This document shows positions 39,377-49,051 of a stretch of DNA of 58,520 bases, one piece after another. The position numbers were made by a program, and so were the translations under genes. How positions within the stretch are numbered: the stretch's first letter is position 1; every line of letters starts with the position of its first letter. The notes beneath the pieces were generated by a model. It searched no databases. It was not told the origin of the DNA and saw only the letters and a list, made by a program, of their open reading frames with translations. The DNA comes from Anaerolineae bacterium (lineage in GTDB: Bacteria; Chloroflexota; Anaerolineae; JACIWR01): NCBI GenBank assembly GCA_024653325.1, contig JANLFX010000009.1:1-58520 (forward strand), written 5' to 3'.

Positions 39377-40174
39377 TTGCACGCCATAGTTTGCATCAAG
39401 CAGGTTCCCGACACCACGGAGGTCAAAATCGATCCCGAACGGGGGACGCTGATCCGGGAAGGGGTGCCCAGTATCGTCAATCCCTTCGATACCTATGCCA
39501 TCGAGGAGGCTTTGCTGCTGAAAGAGAAGTTTGGGGGCAAAGTGACGGTGATCTCGATGGGCCCACCCCAAGCCGTCGAGGCCCTCAAAGAAGCCGTGGC
39601 CATGGGCGCGGATGAGGCTATCTTGCTCAGCGATCGGGCTTTTGCCGGAGCAGATACCTGGGCCACAGCCTATACCCTGTGCAGCGCCATCAAGAAAATC
39701 GGCGATTTCGATGTCATTCTCTGCGGCCGCCAGGCTATTGACGGAGATACCGGCCAGGTGGGGCCCGGCATTGCCACCCAGTTGGGCATTAACCAGCTCA
39801 CCTACGTCTTTAAGATTCAAGACATTGATTTTGAGAAGCGAACGATCCGGGTTGAGCGGTTGGTGGAGGAGGGCCGTGAGGTGGTGACTTCCACTCTGCC
39901 CTGTTTGCTCACCGTGGTCAAAGACATCAACCAACCCCGCTATCCTACTTTCATGGGCATTCGCCGCGCGGCGAAGATGCAGATTCCCACTTGGACAGCG
40001 GCTGAAATGAATGTCAACCCTGATCTCATTGGCCTGACCGGTTCACCGACCAAGGTGGTCAGGGTGTTCACCCCACCGGCCCGCGAAGGCGAATGCGATC
40101 TGGTGACGGCAGATTCCCCCGAGCAGGCCGCCGAGATTCTGGCGGAGAAGTTGCTGGCCGAGAAGATCATTTAG
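39377..40174 (+). CDS. etfB: Electron transfer flavoprotein beta subunit
   Basis: CIKQVPD, NPFD, SMGP, GADTWAT, GRQAIDGDTGQVG, GSPT. Confidence 0.95.
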   Translation: MHAIVCIKQVPDTTEVKIDPERGTLIREGVPSIVNPFDTYAIEEALLLKEKFGGKVTVISMGPPQAVEALKEAVAMGADEAILLSDRAFAGADTWATAYTLCSAIKKIGDFDVILCGRQAIDGDTGQVGPGIATQLGINQLTYVFKIQDIDFEKRTIRVERLVEEGREVVTSTLPCLLTVVKDINQPRYPTFMGIRRAAKMQIPTWTAAEMNVNPDLIGLTGSPTKVVRVFTPPAREGECDLVTADSPEQAAEILAEKLLAEKII

Positions 40175-40192
40175 CCACATAGGAGGATTACA

Positions 40193-41392
40193 TTGGCACT
40201 GCTGGAGATTAATCGCAAAGAATGTATCGGCTGTGGGGCGTGCGTGACGGCATGTCCCTTCGGCGCCCTGAGCCTGGATAGTGAAAATATCGCCGTGGTG
40301 AGCGAGGCCTGCACGGCTTGTGGGGCCTGTATCTCGGAGTGCCCGGTCGAAGCCCTTAGCTTACCCCAGGTAAAGAAGGCCGAAGTGGAGGACATCAGCG
40401 CTTACCGGGGGGTGTGGGTGTGGGTCGAACAGTTCCGGGGCGAGGCGGGTTCGATCTCCTGGGAGATGGCCGGGCAGGGCCGTAAGCTGGCCGACCAGTT
40501 GGGGACAACGCTCACCGCCTGCGTGTTGGGCCATAACGTGGAACACATTGCCCATGAGGCTATTGCTTATGGCGCGGACCGCGTGTTCCTGGTGGACGAT
40601 CCTACCCTGGCCGTGTACCGTACCGATCCCTATGCCCGTTGCCTGGTAGAGCTGGTGCGCAAATATAAGCCGGAAATTTTCCTGCTGGGGGCGAGTTCGC
40701 GGGGGCGTGACCTGGCCGGCGCCGTCGCCACTCAACTTTATACCGGCCTGACTGCCGATTGCACCGGTTTGGACATTGAGCCAGAGACCAATTTGTTGCT
40801 CCAAACCCGCCCGGCTTTCGGTGGAAACATTATGGCCACCATTAAGTGCCCTAACCATCGTCCACAGATGGCCACCGTTCGCCATCGTGTGTTCGAGATG
40901 CCCGTGCCCGACCCTACCCGCCAGGGCCAGATCGTGCGTGAGAAAGCGGTCATGGGCGAGGAAGACATCGCCAGCAAAGTGGTGGACTTCATCGTGCAAG
41001 AAGGTGAGGTCAACCTGGCTGACGCCAAGATCATCGTCTCCGGCGGGCGTGGGGTGAAAGGTCCCGAGGGCTTCGAGCCTATCCGCGAACTGGCCGAGGT
41101 ATTAGGAGGCGCGGTGGGCGCTTCCCGTGCGGCAGTAGATGCCGGCTGGATCCCCTATGCTCACCAGGTGGGTCAGACCGGGCGTACCGTGCGTCCCGAC
41201 CTGTACATCGCCTGTGGGATCAGTGGGGCCATTCAGCATCAGGCGGGGATGAAGACCAGCAAGGTCATCGTGGCTATCAATAAAGACCCTGAAGCGCCCA
41301 TTTTCCAGATCGCCCACTATGGCATCGTGGGCGACCTGTTCAAGGTGGTGCCCGCGCTCACGGAAGCGTTCCGCAAGCGGCTGAACAAGTAA
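40193..41392 (+). CDS. etfA: Electron transfer flavoprotein alpha subunit with N-terminal 2x[4Fe-4S] domain
   Basis: CIGCGACVTACP, CTACGACISECP; GLTADCT, RPAFGGN, SRAAVD, QVGQTG, GISGAIQH, INKD. Confidence 0.95.
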   Translation: MALLEINRKECIGCGACVTACPFGALSLDSENIAVVSEACTACGACISECPVEALSLPQVKKAEVEDISAYRGVWVWVEQFRGEAGSISWEMAGQGRKLADQLGTTLTACVLGHNVEHIAHEAIAYGADRVFLVDDPTLAVYRTDPYARCLVELVRKYKPEIFLLGASSRGRDLAGAVATQLYTGLTADCTGLDIEPETNLLLQTRPAFGGNIMATIKCPNHRPQMATVRHRVFEMPVPDPTRQGQIVREKAVMGEEDIASKVVDFIVQEGEVNLADAKIIVSGGRGVKGPEGFEPIRELAEVLGGAVGASRAAVDAGWIPYAHQVGQTGRTVRPDLYIACGISGAIQHQAGMKTSKVIVAINKDPEAPIFQIAHYGIVGDLFKVVPALTEAFRKRLNK

Positions 41393-41432
41393 ACAGATAA
41401 AGCGAAAGTGACCGGCACCTGTCAAGTGCCGG

Positions 41433-41921
41433 TCACTTTAATACTTGCCAAAGGAAAAGGGCTATCATTGCCAGGCCAATGAGTAGCTGTACCACTACCG
41501 ACAGCAGCCAGCCGACCAGCCATCCGCCGCTAGCCTTGAGCGCCTGGCGCCAATCCCCTTCCCTTCGCCATGCCTCTACCCCCAATATCCCCAGGGCGGC
41601 TCCCAACACCGCTCCCGGCACGGAGAAAAACACTAACCCGATCAATCCCAACAGAAACCCGGCTAACAGCGACCACCACGACGCGCCACCCGCTTTTCCA
41701 CCCAGGTTGCCCATCCACAATTCCGCCGTTATCCCCACAAGACCCAGCAAGGTCAGCGCGGTCAAAGTCAGTGGCCCCACATGGGTGAAGCCATCGGCCA
41801 CAGCGTAGCCCACGGCGGCCAGCCAGATCAGAGCTACGCCAGGCACTACGGGCAGGAAAATGCCCACCAGACCCACCAGCATAACAACCAGGGCCAGGAT
41901 GGCCCACCAGTCCACATCCAT
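41433..41921 (-). CDS. DUF456 (YqgC-like) membrane protein
   Basis: GLVGIFLPVVPG, GKAGGAS, multiple TM helices. Confidence 0.85.
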   Translation of the reverse strand: MDVDWWAILALVVMLVGLVGIFLPVVPGVALIWLAAVGYAVADGFTHVGPLTLTALTLLGLVGITAELWMGNLGGKAGGASWWSLLAGFLLGLIGLVFFSVPGAVLGAALGILGVEAWRREGDWRQALKASGGWLVGWLLSVVVQLLIGLAMIALFLWQVLK

Positions 41922-42080
41922 TCAAACTCTCCTGGCTACTATTATACACAGCCTGGTGAAGGTTGCAAACCTTTGCCAGGCTGTACTATGCTTTCTTTGC
42001 GTCTACCTGACATCTGTGTTAAAATAAGCGCAATGTAGCTCAGGCCTAAGCCAGTGTCACTATGAGTGCAGAGGTTAGCG

Positions 42081-42557
42081 ATGAACCCACAAGCAAATAA
42101 ATTCACGGTGGAGGTACGTATCGCTCCTAAGTTCAAGCGCCTGGTGACCGCCAAATTAGTTCGCCAGGCAGCATTAGCCGTGCTCGCTCACGAGGCAGTC
42201 ACCGGGCAGGGTGAACTCAGCGTGGTGATCACCGATGATGAGGAGGTTCGCGATCTGAACCGCCGCTTTCGGGGGGTGGATGCGCCCACCGACGTTCTGG
42301 CTTTTGGCGCGGCGAACCAGACTACTTCCTTCGTAACAGCTCCAGATGCGCCTCGCTTGCTGGGTGATGTGATTATCTCCTGTCCACGCGCCCAGGAACA
42401 GGCGACAGAAGCCGGACATCCCCTTTCTGCCGAGATCCAGCTCCTGGTAGTGCACGGTGTGCTCCACCTGTTGGGCTATGACCATGCTGAGCCGGAGCAA
42501 GAGGCTTTAATGTGGGAACGACAGGAAAAGATTCTGCACACCCTTGCGGAGCATTGA
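42081..42557 (+). CDS. ybeY: rRNA maturation endoribonuclease YbeY
   Basis: LNRRFRG.D.PTDVL.F, LGDVIIS, HGVLHLLGYDH. Confidence 0.96.
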   Translation: MNPQANKFTVEVRIAPKFKRLVTAKLVRQAALAVLAHEAVTGQGELSVVITDDEEVRDLNRRFRGVDAPTDVLAFGAANQTTSFVTAPDAPRLLGDVIISCPRAQEQATEAGHPLSAEIQLLVVHGVLHLLGYDHAEPEQEALMWERQEKILHTLAEH

Positions 42558-42575
42558 TAGCAAATCACAGCGGAG

Positions 42576-43418
42576 GTGATGGTGAGCGGTTTGCTCTTCG
42601 GTACGGCAGGCATACCCCGTAGTGCGTCTCAGCCCCACACTACCGACGGAATCGCGCGCATACGAGGTCTGGGACTGGGCTGCATGGAGTTGGCCTGGGT
42701 GCAGAAAGTGAGCATCGGCGAGGCGAAGGCTGCCGAGATCAAAGCGGTGGCCCGGGAGCATGACGTTGTGCTCAGCGTCCATGCTCCCTATTACATTAAC
42801 CTCAACTCCCGGGACTCGAAAATCGTTGCTGCCAGCCGGGAACGGTTGCTGGCCGCCGCCCGAAAGGGGTGGCTGGCTGGGGCGCGGAATATCGTCTTTC
42901 ACGCCGCCTCCTATCACGATGATCCGCCTGAAGGAGTGTATGAGCGGGTCAGGGAGCACTTGCGGGAAATCACCGGCATCCTGGGGGAGGAACATAACGG
43001 GGTGATGCTGCGTCCGGAGACAACGGGCAAGCCTTCTCAGTTCGGCACTGTCGAGGAATTGATAGCCCTCAGCCGGGAGGTGCCCGGCGTGGGGCCCTGT
43101 GTGGATTTTGCTCACCTGCACGCCCGCTCTGGCGGCGCCTGTAACTCGCCAGAGGAGTTCGCCCACGTCCTGCGCTTGATCGAGGAGGGATTGGGCCGCG
43201 CCGCTCTTGGAGACATGCATATCCACGTTTCCGGCATCGAGTACACGGACAAAGGGGAGCGGGAGCACCTTAACCTGGCCGAAGCCGACCTGCGCTACCG
43301 GGAGTTGGTGCAGGTTTGGCGCGAGTTCGACATCGGCGGGATGGTGATCTGTGAGAGTCCGAATCTGGAGGAGGATGCGCTCACCCTGCAGGCGCTGTAT
43401 TGGCAGATGGGAGGGTGA
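42576..43418 (+). CDS. nfo: Endonuclease IV (AP endonuclease 2 family)
   Basis: FGTAG.P, HAPYYINLNS, ETTGK.SQFG, DFAHLHAR, HIHVSGIEY, ICESP.LE.DA. Confidence 0.85.
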   Translation: MMVSGLLFGTAGIPRSASQPHTTDGIARIRGLGLGCMELAWVQKVSIGEAKAAEIKAVAREHDVVLSVHAPYYINLNSRDSKIVAASRERLLAAARKGWLAGARNIVFHAASYHDDPPEGVYERVREHLREITGILGEEHNGVMLRPETTGKPSQFGTVEELIALSREVPGVGPCVDFAHLHARSGGACNSPEEFAHVLRLIEEGLGRAALGDMHIHVSGIEYTDKGEREHLNLAEADLRYRELVQVWREFDIGGMVICESPNLEEDALTLQALYWQMGG

Positions 43419-43419
43419 A

Positions 43420-43683
43420 ATGAGTGAAACAACCCTGACGCAAGTTGAACGGCTTCTGGATCAACTGACGTTTGAGGGACAAATCGTCGTGGTCGAACAC
43501 CTGGCGCGGCGTTTGCGTCAGGCAGTGCGGTAGAAACAGCCTCAAGACCTGTATGGTGTCTGGCGCGATCGCTTCCCCGCCGACTTCGACCTGGATGCCG
43601 CGTTGGATGACATCTGTCGCGAGGGTGACCACAATCTGGTGAGACATGGGAATGTAAATTCTTGCCTGCGCACGCCAGAATAA
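43420..43683 (+). pseudogene. Small antitoxin-like ORF interrupted by in-frame TAG
   Basis: MSETTLTQVERLLDQLT...RQAVR*(43531-43533)KQPQDLYGVWRDRFPADFDLDAALDDI...; RBS GGAGGG; frame stays open after the TAG until 43683. Confidence 0.5.
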
Positions 43684-43702
43684 TAATGTGGAGGAGGAAT
43701 GC

Positions 43703-44410
43703 ATGAATGAAGAAACACGTCGAGCTCCCAACCGGCCCTGGCTGAAGAACGTCTGGGTGCAGGTGGCACTGGCCGTGGCCGTGTTGGGCATCGTTGTCGC
43801 CTGCTTGTACACGGCCTGGCAGGGGGGGCAGGCCCTGGTGGGCGCTTTTATCATCCCCACGCCTACTGTCACCCCCACGCCGACGCCGTGGCCCATCCTC
43901 GTGGTGGAGCGTATCCAGGGTCTGGGGCGGTTGGAGACGGTTAAGTACACCGTCGAGCACGTGGTGGAGAAAAAACAAGAAGGGCAAAGGATTCTATTCT
44001 TCGAATGGGGAAGCTATCGGTTGTTAGTGGTGGCTTACGGTGAGGTAGTGGCTGGCGTGGACCTGGCCCGAGTCAGGCCAGAGGATGTGCGGGTGGCGGG
44101 CAGCAAGATAACCCTCGTCTTGCCGCCGGCGGAGATATTGTCCAGTAAAGTGAACCAGGACCGGATACGTATCTACAAGGTTGAGCAGGATTTCATTAGC
44201 CAGTTGCTGGGCGAGAACGAGGTGAACAAAGAACTGATCCTTGAACTGTTAACCCAGGCAGAGGGGGAGATTGTTACCGGGGCCATGGCGGACGGCATTC
44301 TACAGCAAGCTGAGACCAGCGCACAAGTGATGCTGGCCCAGTTCCTGCGCGCCCTGGGTTTCACCGACGTGGAGATCATTTTCGCGCCGGCAGCCACGCC
44401 AGCGCCGTAG
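43703..44410 (+). CDS. DUF4230 family membrane-anchored protein
   Basis: TM, PTPT linker, RLETVKY, GEVVAGVDL, LPPAEI, GILQQA...LGF..V. Confidence 0.85.
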   Translation: MNEETRRAPNRPWLKNVWVQVALAVAVLGIVVACLYTAWQGGQALVGAFIIPTPTVTPTPTPWPILVVERIQGLGRLETVKYTVEHVVEKKQEGQRILFFEWGSYRLLVVAYGEVVAGVDLARVRPEDVRVAGSKITLVLPPAEILSSKVNQDRIRIYKVEQDFISQLLGENEVNKELILELLTQAEGEIVTGAMADGILQQAETSAQVMLAQFLRALGFTDVEIIFAPAATPAP

Positions 44411-44457
44411 GTCGGGTTGCCAACCTGACCCGCTGAACGCGATGATGGAGGAACGAG

Positions 44458-46020
44458 TTGAGAGACGCATTGCGCAAGTGGATGCGCTGCCCGGAGACTT
44501 ATCTGTTGCTGGCGGCGATCATCCTGGTAGGACATGGCCTTTTCTATAGTCACGCCCTCGGTTACGACACCGTGGACGACGCTTATATCTCGTATCGCTA
44601 CGCTCAAAATGCGGCGCGGGGATACGGGTTGACCTTCAACGCTGGCGAGAGACGGGTGGAAGGATACACCAACTTTCTGTGGACGGTGCTGATGATCCCC
44701 GCCTTCGTGTTGGGGGTCAATGTCACGGCAATGTCCATTGGGTTAGGCGTCCTCTTCGCCCTGGGCTGCCTGTACTACGTCTATCATGCCACCGGACAGA
44801 TGGAGGGCTTGTGGCCATCGGCTGGCCTGATAGCCGCCCTGTTCCTAGCTGTGGATGGCTCTTTTGCCTTGTGGTCCGTGGGTGGGTTGGAAGGCCCCCT
44901 GTTTGCCTTTCTGCTCCTGTCCGGGGCGGTGGCCTACATTAGAGAGCTTCAGGAAAGAACCCGGGTCCCGGTTTCCGGGGCATGGTTTGCTTTGGCGGCT
45001 ATGACTCGTCCCGAGGGCTTGTTGGTGTTCGCTCTCACCCTGGCCCATCAGGCGGCCTACCGCCTGAGTGCCCGCAAACGGCTGATCACCCGTCTGGATG
45101 TGGGGCGCGTGGGCCTGTTCGCGATTATCTTCGTGCCCTATTTCCTTTTCCGCTGGCGCTACTATGGCTGGTTTTTTCCCAACACTTTCTATGCCAAGGT
45201 TACCCTGGAGGACACGGCGGCCCAATGGCAGCGCGGGCTGGCCTACGTACAGACATTCATCGGCATTCACCTGGGATACCTCCCTTTGCTGATTGCCCTG
45301 ATCCCGCTTTTCCGCCCTCGCTCTACCGTCTGGGCCAGCTATCTGGCACTGATTGTCATCGTCTACAGCGTCTACATCGCTTACGTGGGTGGTGACTGGT
45401 CGGTAGGCCGCTTCTTCGTACCGTTAATGCCCCTCTACTACCTTTTGCTGGCCGATGGCCTGATAGAGATTTATTATTGGGCCAAGAAATTGGTCTGGGG
45501 ACACATGGAGGAACGGAGTGGTCCGTTGCGGCTGACTTACGCGGCAGCCGGGATACTCCTATTCAGCTTGCTGGTTGGTTTTTTCTGGGCATCGTCTGTA
45601 GAGGGTGAACAGGCCCTGTTCCTCAACCGCTTCAATGCCAAACTGGCTGGCCAGGCGCGTACCCAGATGGGGAAATGGCTGCACGCAAACGTCCCGCCTG
45701 ACACCGTCATCGCCGTAGATGCGGCAGGCCAGATGCCTTTTTACTCCGAGCTACGAACTATTGACATGTTCGGCATTAACGATCTGCACACCGCCCACCT
45801 GAACCGCGAGGAATTAGCTTCGCTGGGCAAGCGCATGGGCGAGGGCACCCCTGGTCACGAGAAACTGGACATGCGCTACATTATTGACCGTCGCCCGGAC
45901 TACATCATCATCTACGGGACGATGTTCGACGGCGTGCCCGAATACGAACGGGTGGACTTGCCGTGGACGAACGATCCGCAGGCGAGGGCGTTTCTATCGG
46001 TGTATAAACTGCGGGAGTAA
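44458..46020 (+). CDS. GT-C-type membrane glycosyltransferase-like protein
   Basis: DDAYISYRYA.N...GLTFN...VEGYTN, GGLE, TRPEG, PNTFYAK, GGDW...RF, AAG..PFYS, IDMFGIND. Confidence 0.8.
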   Translation: MRDALRKWMRCPETYLLLAAIILVGHGLFYSHALGYDTVDDAYISYRYAQNAARGYGLTFNAGERRVEGYTNFLWTVLMIPAFVLGVNVTAMSIGLGVLFALGCLYYVYHATGQMEGLWPSAGLIAALFLAVDGSFALWSVGGLEGPLFAFLLLSGAVAYIRELQERTRVPVSGAWFALAAMTRPEGLLVFALTLAHQAAYRLSARKRLITRLDVGRVGLFAIIFVPYFLFRWRYYGWFFPNTFYAKVTLEDTAAQWQRGLAYVQTFIGIHLGYLPLLIALIPLFRPRSTVWASYLALIVIVYSVYIAYVGGDWSVGRFFVPLMPLYYLLLADGLIEIYYWAKKLVWGHMEERSGPLRLTYAAAGILLFSLLVGFFWASSVEGEQALFLNRFNAKLAGQARTQMGKWLHANVPPDTVIAVDAAGQMPFYSELRTIDMFGINDLHTAHLNREELASLGKRMGEGTPGHEKLDMRYIIDRRPDYIIIYGTMFDGVPEYERVDLPWTNDPQARAFLSVYKLRE

Positions 46021-46067
46021 GGAGGGGTGGGCCACCTGTCCTACCCCGGACTTGGGAGGTAGAAAAC

Positions 46068-46514
46068 ATGGGGTGCGGGATAGAAAAGCGCGCGATGTGG
46101 GGGCTGCTGCTTTCGGTCCTGATCCTCTGTCTTCTTCCTGGTTGTAGCCCCCGGAGCTTGCCTGAACCGGCCAGGACGGCACTCGGTGAAAGCATTGCCC
46201 GGCTGACCGGTTCAGAGTCGGATTATAACATTGTATCGGCCCAAAAAGCGCCAGGACCGCCAGCCGATTTCCGTATTGATATGACAAGCACACACCAGGC
46301 CGGGAGATGTCCTCCCAATTTGGGGGGTGAAGAGACCTGGTGTGTAGTGATTGACCGGAGTGTTACCGACCAGGCGGGACACACCTTTTCCCGCTTTTTA
46401 GTGATAAGACAAGGATCGTCCTGGGACGCGGAGCCGTTGGCCGATTCAGATGCCGGTGTGTTTGAGTACTTTGGCTGTAGCAATTGGGACGCAGCCGGTA
46501 CCGGTAAAAAGTAA
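46068..46514 (+). CDS. Putative lipoprotein
   Basis: Signal peptide with lipobox-like LLPGC; RBS GGAGGT. Confidence 0.65.
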   Translation: MGCGIEKRAMWGLLLSVLILCLLPGCSPRSLPEPARTALGESIARLTGSESDYNIVSAQKAPGPPADFRIDMTSTHQAGRCPPNLGGEETWCVVIDRSVTDQAGHTFSRFLVIRQGSSWDAEPLADSDAGVFEYFGCSNWDAAGTGKK

Positions 46515-46642
46515 GAACCCCCTATTTCTTTCTCCCTTCTTTCCCTGTTGAGAGTGCTTAAAAAACGGGATATAACCGCATTGGGCATCTTGCCAAAGAC
46601 GGCCCTGTTCCCCCTCTGCTTCAGCCGCTTTTCGCCCTCTTG

Positions 46643-46862
46643 GACGGCTGATGAACTTTAAGAAAATAATCTGCTAGTCGGGACCCTGAGGAAACCGCGA
46701 CCGAGGTCGCACCTGTGAGGCCTTCGGTCGGGCGTTGGCCTGCGCCGACGCGGTACTGTGGCCGTCCGCGCAGGCGGACGGCTGGCACGAACGTGCCTCC
46801 GAGGGGCGATTTCAATCGCGGCAAGGCTAACAGATTAAATTTTTTAAAATTCATAAGTCGTC
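46643..46862 (-). mobile_element. 220-bp MITE with about 35-bp imperfect terminal inverted repeats
   Basis: Left GACGGCTGATGAACTTTAAGAAAATAATCTGCTAG; right CTAACAGATTAAATTTTTTAAAATTCATAAGTCGTC; internal GC-rich hairpins; second copy at 39164-39320. Confidence 0.75.
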
Positions 46863-46892
46863 ACTGCGAACAAAAACGCCAATGTCCAAGTT

Positions 46893-48977
46893 CTAAAATA
46901 GATGGAAAGCGGCGATAATCGGGGCGAACAAGGAGGACACCAGGGACATCACCGTGATGAGCGTGTTAATGGAAGGCCCTGCCGTATCCTTGAAGGGATC
47001 CCCGACGGTATCGCCCACCACACTGGCCTTGTGCGCATCGGAACCGGAGCCACCGTACATTCCCGATTCGATGAACTTTTTGGCGTTATCCCACAGTCCG
47101 CCAGCGTTGGACATCAGCAAGGCGAAGATAACCCCGGTGAATATGCTTCCCCCCAGAAATCCTCCCAATGCCTCTGGGCCCAGAAAGAAACCCACCAGAA
47201 GGGGAAACACAACGGCCAAAAAGGCCGGTAGCACCAGCGAGGCCAGAGCTCCCTGGGCAGCCAGGTCTACACAGGCCGCATAATTGGGTTTTTCCGTGCC
47301 AGCCAGGATCCCGGGACGTTCGTGGAATTGGCGGCGGATTTCCTCAACCATTTTGAAGGCGTTGCTGGTGACTGAGAGCATCGTCAGGGCACTGAACAAC
47401 GGCGGGGTGATGGCTCCCAGCAGTACGCCAGCGATCACCACCGGATTCCGCAGACTGATGCTCAACTCTACACCTCTGGTCCCCACCACTTCCGCGTAGG
47501 CAGCAAAGAGGGCCAGCACGGTCAGGGCGGCAGCACTGATGGCGAACCCTTTAGTGATGGCCTTGGCTGTGTTACCGGCTGCATCTAGCACGTCGGCGGT
47601 GTCAATGACCTTCTGGGACATGCCAGCCATCTCGGCTATGCCGCGGGCATTGTCCACGATGGGGCCGTAGGCATCGGCGGAGACGATCATCCCACTGACG
47701 GATAACATACCCACCGCGCTGATGCCCACGCCGTAGATACCGCTCATGCCGAATCGCTGGGCCAGGTAATAGGAGATCAAAGTCGCCAGCACGATACCTA
47801 TGATTGAGGGGACTATACTGATCAATCCATAGCTGAAACCGGTGATAATGTTGATAGCCGCACCGGAATCGGATACCCGGGCCGTTTCGACCACCGGACG
47901 GTTGTCAGAAGAGGTGAAATAGTCAGAGGTGAGGCCAATGACCACTCCAGTGATGAGCCCGGCCAGCGTGGCCCACAACACCCCCAGATTATATCCGCCC
48001 AATATTACAACCGCCGTGGTCAGCCCGGCAAAAATCACGCAGGTAAAAATCGTCCCTCTATTGAGTGCCTGACCAGGCTTGCCATTCTCGCCCACGCGCA
48101 CGAATTGAATACCGATGAGCGAGGCAACGATACCCAGGGCACACAGGATCAGCGGGAACATAACATATTTAGCCTGCTGGGTAGCATCACCGGCGAATAT
48201 TGATGCGCCTAACAGCATGACGGCCACCGTACTGGCCACGTAGCTATCGAAGATGTCGGCGCCCATGCCGGCCACATCGCCCACGTTATCCCCCACGTTA
48301 TCGGCCACCACGGCCGGGTTGCGCGGGTCATCCTCTGGGATACCGATTTCGACCTTGCCCACCAGGTCGGCAGCAATGTCGGCCGTCTTGGTGTAAATCC
48401 CGCCGCCTGCTTTGGCCAGCAAGGCCAATGACGAGGCGCCGAAACTGAAGCCCAGGACGATCTCGGGGTCACCGGTAATCAGATAGATTGTACTCATGCC
48501 GATCACGGCCAGCCCAACCATGGCCAGGCCCATCACCGCTCCGGCGTAGAAAGCCACCTTGAAAGCGCGGTTGATACTCTCGTTGGCCGCCGTCGCACTG
48601 CGCACGTTGGCGGCCACAGCGACTGTCATACCCATGTAGCCGGCGGCAGCAGAGCATATAGCTCCGATCACGAAAGCAGTGGCCAGTTCGCCACCGCGTA
48701 GTGGATTGACTTCTACTGCCTCCGTGCCCAGGTGCTCTATGTCAAAGCTGAATACGATGGCAATGATAATACCCAGCCCGACAGCAACCATGGTGAGAGC
48801 CAGGTAAAGACGGCGCAGATAGGTCGTTGCCCCTTCTCGAATCCAGGATGCAATCTCCTGAGCCTGTTCGGAACCAGCATCTTGCCGGTGGACCCAGGCA
48901 TATAACCAGATTGCTGCGCCAACGGATACGCAGCCCGCTAAGATGGCGATGAGAATCCAAAATTGAGACGCCGGCAT
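46893..48977 (-). CDS. hppA: Membrane-bound pyrophosphatase, K+-independent signature
   Basis: GGGIYTKTAD..ADLVGKVE.GIPEDDPRNP, DNVGDNVGD, DAYGPIVDNA, GNTAKA (Lys), GDTVGDPFKDTAGP. Start set at ATG 48977 after AGGAGG. Confidence 0.95.
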   Translation of the reverse strand: MPASQFWILIAILAGCVSVGAAIWLYAWVHRQDAGSEQAQEIASWIREGATTYLRRLYLALTMVAVGLGIIIAIVFSFDIEHLGTEAVEVNPLRGGELATAFVIGAICSAAAGYMGMTVAVAANVRSATAANESINRAFKVAFYAGAVMGLAMVGLAVIGMSTIYLITGDPEIVLGFSFGASSLALLAKAGGGIYTKTADIAADLVGKVEIGIPEDDPRNPAVVADNVGDNVGDVAGMGADIFDSYVASTVAVMLLGASIFAGDATQQAKYVMFPLILCALGIVASLIGIQFVRVGENGKPGQALNRGTIFTCVIFAGLTTAVVILGGYNLGVLWATLAGLITGVVIGLTSDYFTSSDNRPVVETARVSDSGAAINIITGFSYGLISIVPSIIGIVLATLISYYLAQRFGMSGIYGVGISAVGMLSVSGMIVSADAYGPIVDNARGIAEMAGMSQKVIDTADVLDAAGNTAKAITKGFAISAAALTVLALFAAYAEVVGTRGVELSISLRNPVVIAGVLLGAITPPLFSALTMLSVTSNAFKMVEEIRRQFHERPGILAGTEKPNYAACVDLAAQGALASLVLPAFLAVVFPLLVGFFLGPEALGGFLGGSIFTGVIFALLMSNAGGLWDNAKKFIESGMYGGSGSDAHKASVVGDTVGDPFKDTAGPSINTLITVMSLVSSLFAPIIAAFHLF

Positions 48978-49051
48978 GTTGTTCCTCCTGGTATTGGGGT
49001 GTGTATTGCGTATTGCGTGAAACGTGAATTCGCGCCTCACGTTTCACGCTG

